Source of the DNA: Lingula anatina | Taxonomy: Eukaryota; Animalia; Brachiopoda | Assembly (NCBI GenBank): GCA_051362555.1 | Contig: JBPQGU010000016.1 | Span: 1,178,001-1,242,000, forward strand | DNA length: 64,000 bases | Reading direction: 5' to 3' | Part shown: one piece after another, positions 12,188 through 23,155 of the stretch | How the letters are laid out: each line of letters starts with the position of its first letter | Numbering within the stretch: the stretch's first letter is position 1 | Translations under genes and position numbers: made by a program | The notes under the pieces: generated by a model | What the model saw: the letters and a program-made list of their open reading frames with translations, nothing else | Database searches by the model: none | Told to the model about the DNA's origin: nothing

Positions 12188-14343
12188 GGGGAGAGCGGGG
12201 TTGGTTGGAACAGTTTTCACCTTTTTTGCGATATCTCAGCAGTCAAAGCTTTGGGGACAAAAATAAAAAATCTGATAGGGGAAAATTATATGCCGCACTC
12301 ATCTATGAAATAAAACATCAAGTAGGTCTTTTTATTTTAGAGTAATAAATGCTCTAAGTTGCCTCCTAAAACGTTCCATCTCACCCCACCCGCGGGGTAA
12401 GTTGGAACAGGCAGTGGGGTGAGTTGGAACAAGAGGGCGAGTTGGAACGCTTGCATATAAATTCAAAGTATAATTCATTTTAAGAGTAGGTTTATCTATA
12501 TTAATTTCCCAACAAGTGCGTGTTACTTTGTATTCGTATCTCCATAGTTTGTAAGCATTTTTTACGTTTACAATTCGCTTTCAAATAGTCTTTTCGATGT
12601 ATAAACCATATCCAGGTACACGTCATTTCATAATGATAACAAAAGTGGTGTAGTTTAAGAGAAAAGAAATTGAACTCACATAACTCAACCTATCAACAAC
12701 AGTATGTTAGACCTACAAATGAAAACTGTATCTCTTTCAACTCAACAACTCAGAATCAAAATCGCAGTCTGACATACTCAGTATGTACACTTGGTCAACT
12801 TTAGTACAGTCTTCATGTGACCACTTTAGACAAACAATGCATTTAACCCATTTCTCTTTTGGTCGGCTGTTAATGAACGGCTCCCCACAAACCAGAGATG
12901 GCCACTCTTCTTCTGACTCAGAATCGTTGGTCATCTTTAATTTCCTTTTTCTTGATTTTCTCTATCGACTAGAAATCTTTAACTGTTTTTTATTTTTGTT
13001 GCGCTTGTCCTTTTTAATTTTGTTGGGCTTGGCCTTTTCTTTTTCGAGCAGCTCATTTTCAGGTGTGTCAGTTAGTACTGCACTGCATCGTTTTCTTCTT
13101 TTAACATTTGGACTGCGACGGTGAGCCTTTGGAACCGGTCTAATTATTGCTGGACTTGAGCTGTTTTGGGCTTTTCTTAAGTGCGCTTTAGACCCCATTT
13201 CCAGAGATTAGATCGATCTACTTTAGATCGACCTAACTCCCTGGGGGTTCACGCTAAATAGCTGTCAGCCGAGCGGACACCAAAGTTAATTACCCCCTTA
13301 CAGCTTGTAGTAGGCGGGACGGACATTTAAGCCGGATTATCTGACAGTAATCTAGTGACAGTAATCTAGATCGATCTAAAAGCCTTAGTGTGCTGTAGCA
13401 CCTCTTCCGGTGAGGGCAACTGAGATTTCAACTGAATCTATGCCTAAGTTACGAGGTGAATGTTTGTCTTTTCTGGCGGATTTTGTGCCCTCGTTCACTA
13501 AACATTAACAGCAACCCCCAACCCATTACACAAAGCATCTAAAACAATATCGGCAGAATTGGTGTTGTATAGTTTATCCATAACATAGGCTCTCAGCTAG
13601 AATATTTTCATTTTGCCGCGAAAAGCAGAGTAATAATCGACATTTCCTTCCACATATAAAAGCAATTTATCGCAAAAAGCAACAGTGGGCATGCAGACAA
13701 TTTTCGACCAAACAGCTAGCAACTGCATTTAACAAGCAGTGACCATCCCCCCTTGTATCTTCTACACGCATGTACATTCCGGCATCTTGGAGATGTTCTA
13801 TCAGCTAGATTTCGTCTCCAGTTGGAGTTGTACTGGGTTACTACGTTACTACTCTCTTCAAAGTTGAAATTAAAACATTTGGAGAGGTTTAAAAAATGAA
13901 AAACACCGTGCGGGGTGGGTTAGAACACCCCTGACAGTGTTCCAACTGGCCCCATGTCAAATGTTCCGACCAGCCCCCATGACGTCATGGCCTACTTATG
14001 ACACTGTATTTCTTTAACACGTGGGAAGTGATTAAAAAAAACAACAGCTTTTTGAACATCAAGGTGGTCCTAAACGCTTTGCACAATTTCAGTGATATAA
14101 TCCTTATACTTTAGTTTACAGCACGATGAATGTCAAAAATATGAAAACTTACTTCGAGTAGCGAAAATAAGTTTTTTTCGCATAAAACTTTTAATGCATT
14201 TTCGAAACTTCCACAAGTTTACCAGATGAATGACCATGCCACGTGACATTTTTATGCTGAAGGAGCACATGATCGGTCTTGTGATTTAAGAAATAAAGCC
14301 AATGTTCCAACTTACCCGCGTTCCAACCCACCCCGCTCTCCCC
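12188..14343 (-). mobile_element. Non-autonomous pogo/Tc1-mariner-type DNA transposon
   Basis: TIRs GGGGAGAGCGGGGTTGGTTGGAAC / GTTCCAACCCACCCCGCTCTCCCC, TA TSD, empty site GTAGTACTT at ~16537. Retains a broken transposase C-terminus (SAVLTDTP, basic stretch, PHD-like CGEPF..WVKC..C..WSHEDC) at 12737-13198. Confidence 0.88.
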
Positions 14344-14907
14344 TACTTACTACTGTCTGTTGTATCTGTGAGAATGAACTTTCCTGTCTACTCCCTGCTC
14401 AACAACTTAACGAAGCCCATAGACGCTATACAAGGTAGCGTTAAGTCTTTATTGCTACAAATATACTGATATAACTAGGAATAAGGAATCAACTCTGTAT
14501 CTTTCCTTAGCAAAAGTACATAAGGTCTGGATGGAAAATACACTTAGAAAAGAGAAAGCTATTTCATTTTTTGCGAATGTAAACAAAAACGTCAAGGTCA
14601 AATTAGCCTTATCACTCGTGTACCATGAAAATCTGACTTCACTAAATAGTGACTCCCCAGTCAGATGTTCATCATGAAAATCTGACTCTCCAGCCAAAAA
14701 TATCTAAGGTTGGCCATAAGCTACCATATTTAAGTATTTCAGTTTGTGTTTTATAATTATCATATATGATAGATACATGTATATCTATCATTTGAATCAT
14801 GCAATACTGTCTAAACTCATGCGCCTGCATATCTATACCATACTGCACTATTATCCTACATGTACAATCCTGTAACTACTGCTAAGAAAACATCACAGGG
14901 TCGTATA

Positions 14908-16467
14908 GGACCAACCACACTCAGGTCCACACACCAACCCTAGGGGAGCGCGTGCCGCCATTTACTATTCAATCATGGCAAGTCAAGTGTTATTTCTCGG
15001 CTTTAAACACCAGGAAAGCTCCAGGCTCTGACGGTATAACATCACGACTTTTAAAGGAATGCGCAGCCCAGCTTTCAGATGTGTTCGCGGAAATATTCAA
15101 CTGGTCAATTGAAATGTGCAGAGTGCCTGAAATATGGAAGACAGCAACCATCATACCTGTGCCAAAAAGTAAAACTGTAGAGAATTTAAATGATCTCCGT
15201 CCTGTTGCTTTGTTACCGGTGCCTATGAAGATATTCGAAAAACTTGTTTTGTCTTTTATTAAAACTTTAGTGCCAAATAGCTTTGATCCACTCCAATTTG
15301 CCTACCGCAGTAATAGAAGTGTAGACGATGCTCTTTCTATGTGTTTACACAAAGTTCTCGAACATCTCGATTGTAAAAATGCCTATGTTAGAATTTTATT
15401 TGTTGACTATAGCTCAGCATTTAATACTATTGTACCAAGCAAATTGTATTTTAAACTTTTGGATGATCTTAATTTTCCACCAGCACTCTGCGATTGGATT
15501 TTAGATTTTCTTTTGAACAGAAAACAGTCAGTAAAAGTCGGTTTTAACTTCTCGGACACTGTAGTTTTAAACACTGGCACACCCCAGGGCTGCGTCTTAT
15601 CACCTTGTTTATATACGTTATTCACCCACGACTGTGTGGCGAGGGAGGAAAATACATTTTTAATGAAGTTTGCCGATGACACAACTTTAGTCGGCTTGAT
15701 ACACCATAATGATGAGATGTCATACAGGCAGTCGGTTACAAGTTTAGTAAATTGGTGCACAGACAATGACTTGATATTAAATGTGGGCAAAACAAAAGAA
15801 ATGATCATAGACTTCAGAAGAAATCAGATAAGTAAAAATCCCTTGGAAGTTAACGGTAAAGCAGTCGAACAGGTTTCTAATTATAAATTACTAGGGGTTC
15901 AGCTGAATAATAGGTTAACCTGGGGCGATAACATCACGAAGCTATTGAAAAAGGCACGTCAACGAATGTATTTCTTAAGGAAATTGAAAGCTTTTACCAG
16001 AAATGTGTTTATTTTAACGAACTTTTACAGGTGTGTTTTAGAGAGTATTTTAACTTATTCAGTAACTGTTTGGTATGGACGTGCAACTGTGGAGGAGAGG
16101 AACAAGTTGGAAAAGATCGTCGAAACTGCAGGGATTGTAATTGGAACAGATCTAACTCCCGTCCATACTATATATCTAGACAGGACTAAAAAGAAAACAT
16201 TATCAATAATGACAGACAGTTCCCATCCAGCCCATACCCTTTTTAAATTTTTACCTAGCAATTCGAGACTCTTAGCTTTTAAGGGTAGTAAGCGATTTTT
16301 AAATAGCTTTTATCCTTCGGCAGTAACTATTTTTAACTCTAACATGTAATTTTAATTTTCATTTTTTTATATTTCAATGGCGCTACTACAGGGCAAAAGA
16401 TTCCCGATTTTATACATTTGTATTTTATTGGCTTAATAAATTATTATTATTATTATTATTATTATTA
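14908..16467 (+). mobile_element. 5'-truncated Rex1/Babar-type non-LTR retrotransposon
   Basis: Open RT ORF and (ATT)n tail; empty site GGGTCATATGCAGAC at ~12106. Confidence 0.9.
14952..16349 (+). CDS. Reverse transcriptase (LINE ORF2 C-terminal part, 465 aa)
   Basis: KAPGSDG, LNDLRPVAL, DPLQFAYR, FVDYSSAFNTI, GTPQGCVLSP, KFADDTT, KKARQRMYFLRKL; no stop codons. Confidence 0.93.
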   Translation: MPPFTIQSWQVKCYFSALNTRKAPGSDGITSRLLKECAAQLSDVFAEIFNWSIEMCRVPEIWKTATIIPVPKSKTVENLNDLRPVALLPVPMKIFEKLVLSFIKTLVPNSFDPLQFAYRSNRSVDDALSMCLHKVLEHLDCKNAYVRILFVDYSSAFNTIVPSKLYFKLLDDLNFPPALCDWILDFLLNRKQSVKVGFNFSDTVVLNTGTPQGCVLSPCLYTLFTHDCVAREENTFLMKFADDTTLVGLIHHNDEMSYRQSVTSLVNWCTDNDLILNVGKTKEMIIDFRRNQISKNPLEVNGKAVEQVSNYKLLGVQLNNRLTWGDNITKLLKKARQRMYFLRKLKAFTRNVFILTNFYRCVLESILTYSVTVWYGRATVEERNKLEKIVETAGIVIGTDLTPVHTIYLDRTKKKTLSIMTDSSHPAHTLFKFLPSNSRLLAFKGSKRFLNSFYPSAVTIFNSNM

Positions 16468-17461
16468 TACAGACATGTGCGCAGAGTCAGCAAGAGAAAC
16501 AATTTTAACCATCAAGTGAAAAAATCAATCCATGTGTAGTACTTACTACTGTCTGTTGTCTCTGTTAGATGAACCTTCCTGTCTACTCCCTGATCAACAA
16601 CTTAACGAAGCCCATAGACGCTATACAAAGTAGCGTTAAGTCCTCATTGCTACAAATATATGATGTAACTAGGAATAATGAATCAACTCTGTATCTTTCC
16701 TTAGCAAAAGTACATAAGGTCTGGATGGAAAATACACTTAGAAAAGAGAAAATTGTTCCATTTTTTTCGTATGTAAACATAACGTCAAGGTCAAATTACC
16801 CTTATCACTCGTGTACCATGAGAATCTGACTCCCCTAAAAGGTGACTTCCCAGTCAGATGTTTATCTTGAAGATCTCACTCTCCAGCCAAATAATTGACT
16901 CCCCCCTGAAATGTTTCCGGCACAAACGGACCCTTTCCAGCCGTAAACAAGCAGAAATGAAAAATTCAGGTTCTAAACTACAGTAACGGGCGTTGCAGCC
17001 AAAACGGAGATTTTTACCTTTGGCTAAGGGAATTCCCCATAAGGGAAATCTTTTTAAATCTATTTAAATCACCTATCTTACCCTCGGCTGTAGCAGTATA
17101 TATGTAATCACGTTTGTAGGGTGCAGACCGCGGAGACACAGGTAAATACCATTTTATCGCTGGTAGATTTTAAATGAGTGACAGTTTTTGAGAAGTCTGA
17201 AAGTTAAGTTATATTATCCTGTCCTTAATGAAATGGATATTTAGATTACGGAGAGCGATGTTTACCTTCACAGTAGGTGACAATGAGCTTCAATATGAAA
17301 AAAACAAGGTATGATGTTGAATACCTGCGTTATGCAAAAATATGTTTAAGTTACTTTTTATAAAGCGTTCCAGGACTATTGGCCTTGCTTTTTAAAGTCA
17401 TCATATCGTAAAAAGGCACCTTTCGGGTACGAGCTCTACTTGAATTGCCGCTATCTACGGC

Positions 17462-17621
17462 TACTGAGCTGGGAGATCTATTGAACAAATACCTGTCGTG
17501 TACTTAGGTAGTTCAAAAAGATCGCATGGTATCTCAGTAAAATTATGAATAACCAATCATCAGCCATTGTTGCATCTCAGACATGAATGGTCTTAGCTAA
17601 AAATTCTGTCACTTCACAGTA
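17462..17621 (+). ncRNA. Candidate box H/ACA RNA, type A copy 2 (best-preserved copy)
   Basis: TACTGAG-pocket-GATCT.TTGAAC.TACCT / AGGTA.GTTCAA.AGATC-pocket-CTCAGTA; H box AAATTA at 17540-17545; second hairpin; ACA at 17616-17618. Confidence 0.55.
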
Positions 17622-17757
17622 TATTTAAACGGTATTTATAACATGTATATACATTGTATAACTATTGAATAATTTACAGATATTTGTAATCAAGATTTAA
17701 TACCAACCTTACCGTGTCCCAGACGCTGCCTTAACATGGACCTAATCGTGCCCTTGA

Positions 17758-18137
17758 TGGCTGCCCTGTAAATGGCCCAATTCTTCAAGGCAGGTGACAA
17801 TATGGCCACACGGCAGATATACCACGCTAAATTCTTCGTCCATACAGATCTTACAGGTGCCCTCTTCTTTCATTATTTAGTTTTCCTCAAGCAATGGCTT
17901 GTTCTCTGAAATACAATACAGTAAAAATTACTTCAAAACAGTGGTGATTATGTCATAAAGTTAATGCACATAAGGGAAAGGACAAATAAACACGTTTGCG
18001 TCTACAACATAAATCACTCTTCTATTAGAATGAATACTCAGTGTCTATGGATTCGCTTCCGCAATTGCTAAGCGAGGCTTCTCATTGTAAACATCACAAA
18101 TGGTATATACCTGAGAAAGTCATTTACAGGGCAGCCA
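17758..18137. mobile_element. MITE with 17-bp TIRs
   Basis: TGGCTGCCCTGTAAATG ... CATTTACAGGGCAGCCA; TSD unclear. Confidence 0.65.
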
Positions 18138-18215
18138 ATAACCAATCCTCATCTAGTGTTACACGTACATCCTAGATTTGAATCGTCTTAGCTATTATTC
18201 TGTCGCTTAACAGCA
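18138..18215 (+). ncRNA. Candidate H/ACA RNA, 3' half only (type A copy 3)
   Basis: Second-hairpin homolog with ACA at 18210-18212; 5' half absent next to the MITE. Confidence 0.3.
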
Positions 18216-18278
18216 TAGTCCTGTTGCTACCCCCGAATTTCCTTCATAACAAAATGAAGTTATGGTTATTGTGCAGAA

Positions 18279-18452
18279 GGGGGCGTCTCGATAGTCCGAA
18301 GGTTCATTGGTCCGAAGGTTCATTGGTCCGAAAAGTGGTAACATTTTCATCGATTTTTTAATCAAGGGTTCATTGGTCCGAACGTTCCATAGTGAATATT
18401 CGGACCAATGAACCTTCGGACTATTGAACCTTCGGACTATTGCTACGGCCCC
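18279..18452. mobile_element. Foldback MITE with 15-bp subterminal repeats and 8-bp TSD
   Basis: GGGG...CCCC ends, inverted (GGTTCATTGGTCCGAA)n arrays, TSD GTGCAGAA; empty site at ~18875. Confidence 0.85.
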
Positions 18453-18679
18453 GTGCAGAAAAAGGCGGTTTCCCGCCATTTCTGCAATCTAGGTCGATAT
18501 TACTTCGTCACGTGACTTCAATGAAAAGGGGGAGTTCCTTTCCCCCGCTCATCTGTTTCGCCAAAGGTAAGTTTTCACAGACCGAGGAGAGCTTGATGTG
18601 CCCTCACATGTTGAGTGGTTTAAAATGATCATTATGAAACAAATGAAGGCATGTTATTTAATACTTGGTTAAAACTTCT

Positions 18680-18819
18680 GCTATTGGAAAGAAGCCTGTA
18701 CGCTAAGTAGGTCAAAATGATCGCATTGTATCTCAGTAAAATTATCAATAAACAATCCTCATCTAGTGTTACATCTCAGATTTGAATTGTCTTAGCTATT
18801 ATTCTGTCGCTTAACAGCA
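18680..18819 (+). ncRNA. Candidate H/ACA RNA, type A copy 4 (5' arm decayed)
   Basis: CTCAGTA-AAATTA at 18732-18744 and ACA at 18814-18816. Confidence 0.35.
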
Positions 18820-19278
18820 TAGTCCTGTTGCTACCCCCGCATTTCCTTCATAACAAAATGAAGTTATGGTTATTGTTCAGAAAAAGGCGGTTTCCCGCCA
18901 TTTCTGCAATCTAGGTCGATATTACTTCGTCACGTGACTTACATACAAAGGGAGAATTCCTTTCCCCCGCTCATCTTTTACCGTTTTGCCAAAGGTAAGT
19001 TTTCACAGACCGAGGTGAGCTTGATGTGGCCTGATGAATGGTTTAAAATGATCATTATGAAACAAATGAAGACATGTTGTTTAATACTAGGTTAATGCCT
19101 CTGCTATTGGAAAGTGGATTACAGTAGTATAGTAAGAACCCATGTCCAATGGCAAATTGCGGCCATCTTGGATTTTCTCCAAATACCCAAGGTAACAAAA
19201 TCCAAGATGGCCGCAATTTGCCATTGGACATGGGTTCTTACTACTCTCAGGTAGATATAGTGTCCATTGTCAAAATAA

Positions 19279-19615
19279 AGGGATAATAACTCTTCGTTTT
19301 GGACAAAAAATGAATTTTCCTGGAGTAAACAACAATTTTTCCATACTTACCAATGGTTAATGAAGCCATTTTTACATTGAAAGTTAGTCCCTGGTTTGTT
19401 TCTTTGAAGTTTTTTTTTTTTGTTACAATCTCTTCAGAGATTATAACAGAGTATAGCCATCAATGGAGGTCACATGGTCTAAAGACAAGCTCAGAAATCA
19501 GAATAATAGTTATAACTGCCGTTTTTGTGGTAAAACAGAATATATCATATTTCTATGAGTTGTTCACAATGTTTTTATAGTGAAATATAGATCTCATACG
19601 AAGAGTTATTATCCC
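19279..19615. mobile_element. Kolobok-type MITE, copy 1
   Basis: TIR GGGATAATAACTCTTCGT; inverted homolog at 51089-51403. Confidence 0.75.
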
Positions 19616-20340
19616 AGAGTTTATTTTACGGTGTTTTCCTCTCCCTTATTACTCATTTAATACAAATATGTCAGGTAACAAGCATGTTTTAGAAGGGTTT
19701 TTATTTAAATCCAAGATGGCCGCCACTTACCATTACAATACATGAATTTCAGTTACCACCAGGGATATTTATTGTACCTTATCAAAGGCAGTTCCATTCT
19801 GAGTGTTTTCCACATCTTTATTATTCATATAACATATATATGGTGTGTAGCAATTATGTATGGTTGGGCACTTAGTTAAAATCCAAGATGGCCTCCATTA
19901 GTCAAAGAAATACATACATGTAGACGGTAGGTTTCAATTACATGTTCTCCCAAGGAGATACAGAAATAAAAATATGTTTATTTTCATAGTGTCAATACTC
20001 TCATGATATATATGAAGTGGGTTACAAGTGGGTATGTTAGAGCATTTTGAGAAAATTCAAAATTGCCTCCATTTGCCACAAGATTACTAGTACATGGGGT
20101 TTCAATTACTGCCTGGGTCATATGGTGTTCATAATCAAAATATTTCAGTGTTTTCCTCAAAATTATCACCAGTATTATTTAAATCTATTTGGTTACAAGC
20201 GTGAATCTTTCGGTATTTTGAAAAAATCCAAGATGGCTGACATTTGCTATATCAACACCCATTCATACATGGGTTTCTATTACCCATGCTCATTCTCAAC
20301 ATTCTGAGAGGCCAGCAAATGAAAAAAATCATTACTCATG

Positions 20341-20527
20341 GGAGCAGTATACGGATCTCAAGGACGCGGTAGACCTTAAACGCGATTCACCGACGAGCTG
20401 ACGGACCTCTGCAGGTCCATGGTCCAAGCAGACAGAATGGCACAGACCCGTGACCAGTGGAGAGCTTTTGTGAGGGGGCCACGGCGGGTCAGCACCGACC
20501 AAACCGTTCTTGATGACTGATGATGAT
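20341..20527 (+). mobile_element. RTE-clade LINE 3' end
   Basis: Reads GSQGRGRP*TRFTDE...MAQTRDQWRAFV followed by a (TGA)n tail. Confidence 0.65.
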
Positions 20528-21462
20528 TCTCATCATAAAGATTCATTTGAAGAAAACATAGAAGTCGAAAACGATGTAAAAGATATAGTCGCAAATTCTG
20601 CTTTTTTTCTAGGGACAAAAACAGATAAATCTGGCTTTATAAAAACTTTATCATTGAAAAATTTTAATTCATGTCTTGCAAGTAGGGGGATTAAGTAACG
20701 TTGGTTTAGCCATTTTTGGTAACAAAAGTTTTAAAAATTACAACCTTTTTCGATAATATCCCCATGGTATTAATATTTACAAAAAATAGACTGTGCCAAA
20801 GTAGTATTAGATGTTCTGTACAAAAGACACGTTTATTTTACTGACACATTTTTTCATAATGCCTGGTAACGAAGGTATTGCAAATTACTTTCTACGAAAA
20901 TGCAGTTTTGCCGTGTTTCTTTTAAAACATTTGACTGCGTCCTGTCACCATGCTCTCTTGCTTATAATGGATGGAACTAAAATGAGGATTTTATTTATGT
21001 CTAAAATTTTATTAAAAAATTAACAAGTTTTACTTGAACAAAAAATACTTCTGCACGCTTAGTTTTTAATTTAAAAAAGGAATAAATTTATCTTTATATT
21101 GAGAATGTGTCCAGTCAACAGGCAATGATGGGCTGTGATGTGGGTCCCAGATAGATTTGTCCATGAGCTCCTGGTGTGGGCCCCATGTGAGCAAGCCTAA
21201 AATAAGGCTCCCATTTAGGACCCGTATTGCCCAACTGGGCTAATGCAGGCTTTTATGCTGATTAAAGGTCCCAAAATGGGTAAATCTACATGTAGTATGA
21301 CCATTAAGTCCAATTTATTCCAAATAGGCTCAAATATGTATTCTCAACAAGAGACACCAGGGGTCGCAACGTATACACGGTGCAGCAACCCATAAAATAG
21401 GCCAGGCCATGTGAGGCCCAGTAGGGACCCAAATAAGACCAAGAAGGATAACCTGTGCCCAG

Positions 21463-23155
21463 GCCCCCGTTTCACAAAGAATCTTAAATCCGTAGTCGAC
21501 TAGCTCGAGCTGGGTGGCCTAGCTAGGTCTACTTAGCTGAAGTCGACTAGGAGTGTTTCACAAAAAATCTAACGTCTTAGCTTGGCGTGCTTACCGTAGT
21601 CGACGCGCAAGAGAAACTCTTCAAGAAAAGGAGGTGTAAAATTGCAAAAGTTTCACAAGACATGACGTTTCATGGCCTCTTTCGGCCGAGAACGATCGTT
21701 TATCAACAATAAAAGTCAGCCAAAACACAAACAAAGTTTGTTTTTGAACTTTATTGATTAGTTTAGGCCACACTTTTTTATTTTTATGGATGACATCCTC
21801 TGGGTACCCCAAAATCGGTGCGAGAGGGCGAAAAAAAAAAAAAAAAACGGTCCAAAAAAAAAATACTGCTTAAGTAAAGGAATGCTGTCAGTACACAGCT
21901 GGAAACACAAATTTTACCACAGAAACACGTATCAAACTAACAATATGTCTTTATCCATGCTCTCAAAATATTAAAGCATTGTGAATACTTCGTAGAAATG
22001 TAAAAAAAAGTCATGAATAGATATACTTTTTATTACAAAATTTATTAAGGTTATTTCATGCATTTTGTTGGTATAGCAATCAATAAAACAAATATCAAAC
22101 AAACAGTGTGTCTTTATTCGTATTCTCAGAATATTGAAGCATTTTGAACACTTCAAAGAAATGTTTAAAAAAATGATGCAAAGATATGCTTAATACTACC
22201 AAATCTATTAAAGGTCATTTCGGACGATGCTATTTTGTCTACTTCGACTCACACGGCCAAACCTTCAGCCCACCAAATACCTCGACGCCCTTGTCTACCC
22301 TTTTTTCGCTACAGAAAACCTGGTAGCCTATGTGCTGCTTTGTACAGAATGTCACTGAAAATTTTCGGGCGATAATCGCTGGCGGCCGCCAGCCTTTCGC
22401 ACAATTGTAAAAAGGTGATATCTCCATGCCCAATATCAATGGCATACCAATCCAAAACGACGGCACCCGTTCTCTTTATGATTTTAATTGTAATTTGAAA
22501 GTTATCCTAGAGATGAATTTGACGGCAAAGCGGCCACATTTCCACGTGGCGATAATACGCATGCGCAGAAAGCTCATTTCCTGGCAAATTCAATAACGAT
22601 GTTTGCGCCAACCGACTTCGTTGGGGGCTTGGGGGGGGGGGATTTTTTTTTTTTTTTCGGAGAACGGGCGAAAATCGGTGCGCGCGCAGGATGTCATCCA
22701 TAAAATTAAAAAAGTGTGGCCTTAACTTCAATACAACTTCAAAGTAACAGTTAAACATTAGCTTGTCGTGGGACACTACTGAGGGACGTCTAGCGGTCAA
22801 AAACATAAACAAACACACGATCGGCTGGGTAAAGTGGAATTTTATTTTTTGTTTTAATATTCCATAAATGTCAGTGCTATTCAAGGATATTATAACACAA
22901 TATCTTGAAGGAGGTATGTTCTTTCCAAATTTTTGTTGTTTATGCTCTCATTTACCGAGTTTTAGTTGAGCTTGCCGACTTATGTCTCCTCCCGAGGAGG
23001 CTTGACATCGTCGACTTACAGCTAAGAAAAAAACGACGTAAGCGACCTTTTAGATTCTTTGTGAAACGGGACTTAGTGATGTAACGACTTAATTACGTTG
23101 GTAACCAAGCCCTAAGTCAGGGAAACCGACTTAAGTTTTTTTGTGAAACAGGGGC
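21463..23155. mobile_element. PIF/Harbinger-type non-autonomous element (CAG TSD)
   Basis: TIRs GCCCCCGTTTCACAAA / TTTGTGAAACAGGGGC with CAG on both flanks. Confidence 0.75.
21766..22721. mobile_element. Nested TIR element (TTA TSD, Harbinger-like)
   Basis: GGCCACACTTTTT...TGGATGACATCCT / AGGATGTCATCCA...AAAAAGTGTGGCC flanked by TTA. Confidence 0.75.

Larger units (their letters stand above)
11920..16890. repeat. Tandem duplication of a ~620-bp unit, each copy interrupted by a different transposon
   Basis: Copy 1 = 11920-12187 plus 14344-14700; copy 2 = 14701-14907 plus 16468-16890; each copy shows the empty site of the other copy's insertion. Confidence 0.9.

Noticed and set aside
13181-13385. 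Small insert with TAGATCGATCTA palindromes inside the pogo-type element
   Set aside because: Probably a nested MITE, but the TIRs and TSD are too imperfect to call
17505-17527. TAGGTAGT / TAAGTAG resemblance to miR-196 or miR-252 seeds
   Set aside because: Only the seed matches, the rest differs and the seed varies among copies; not a homolog call
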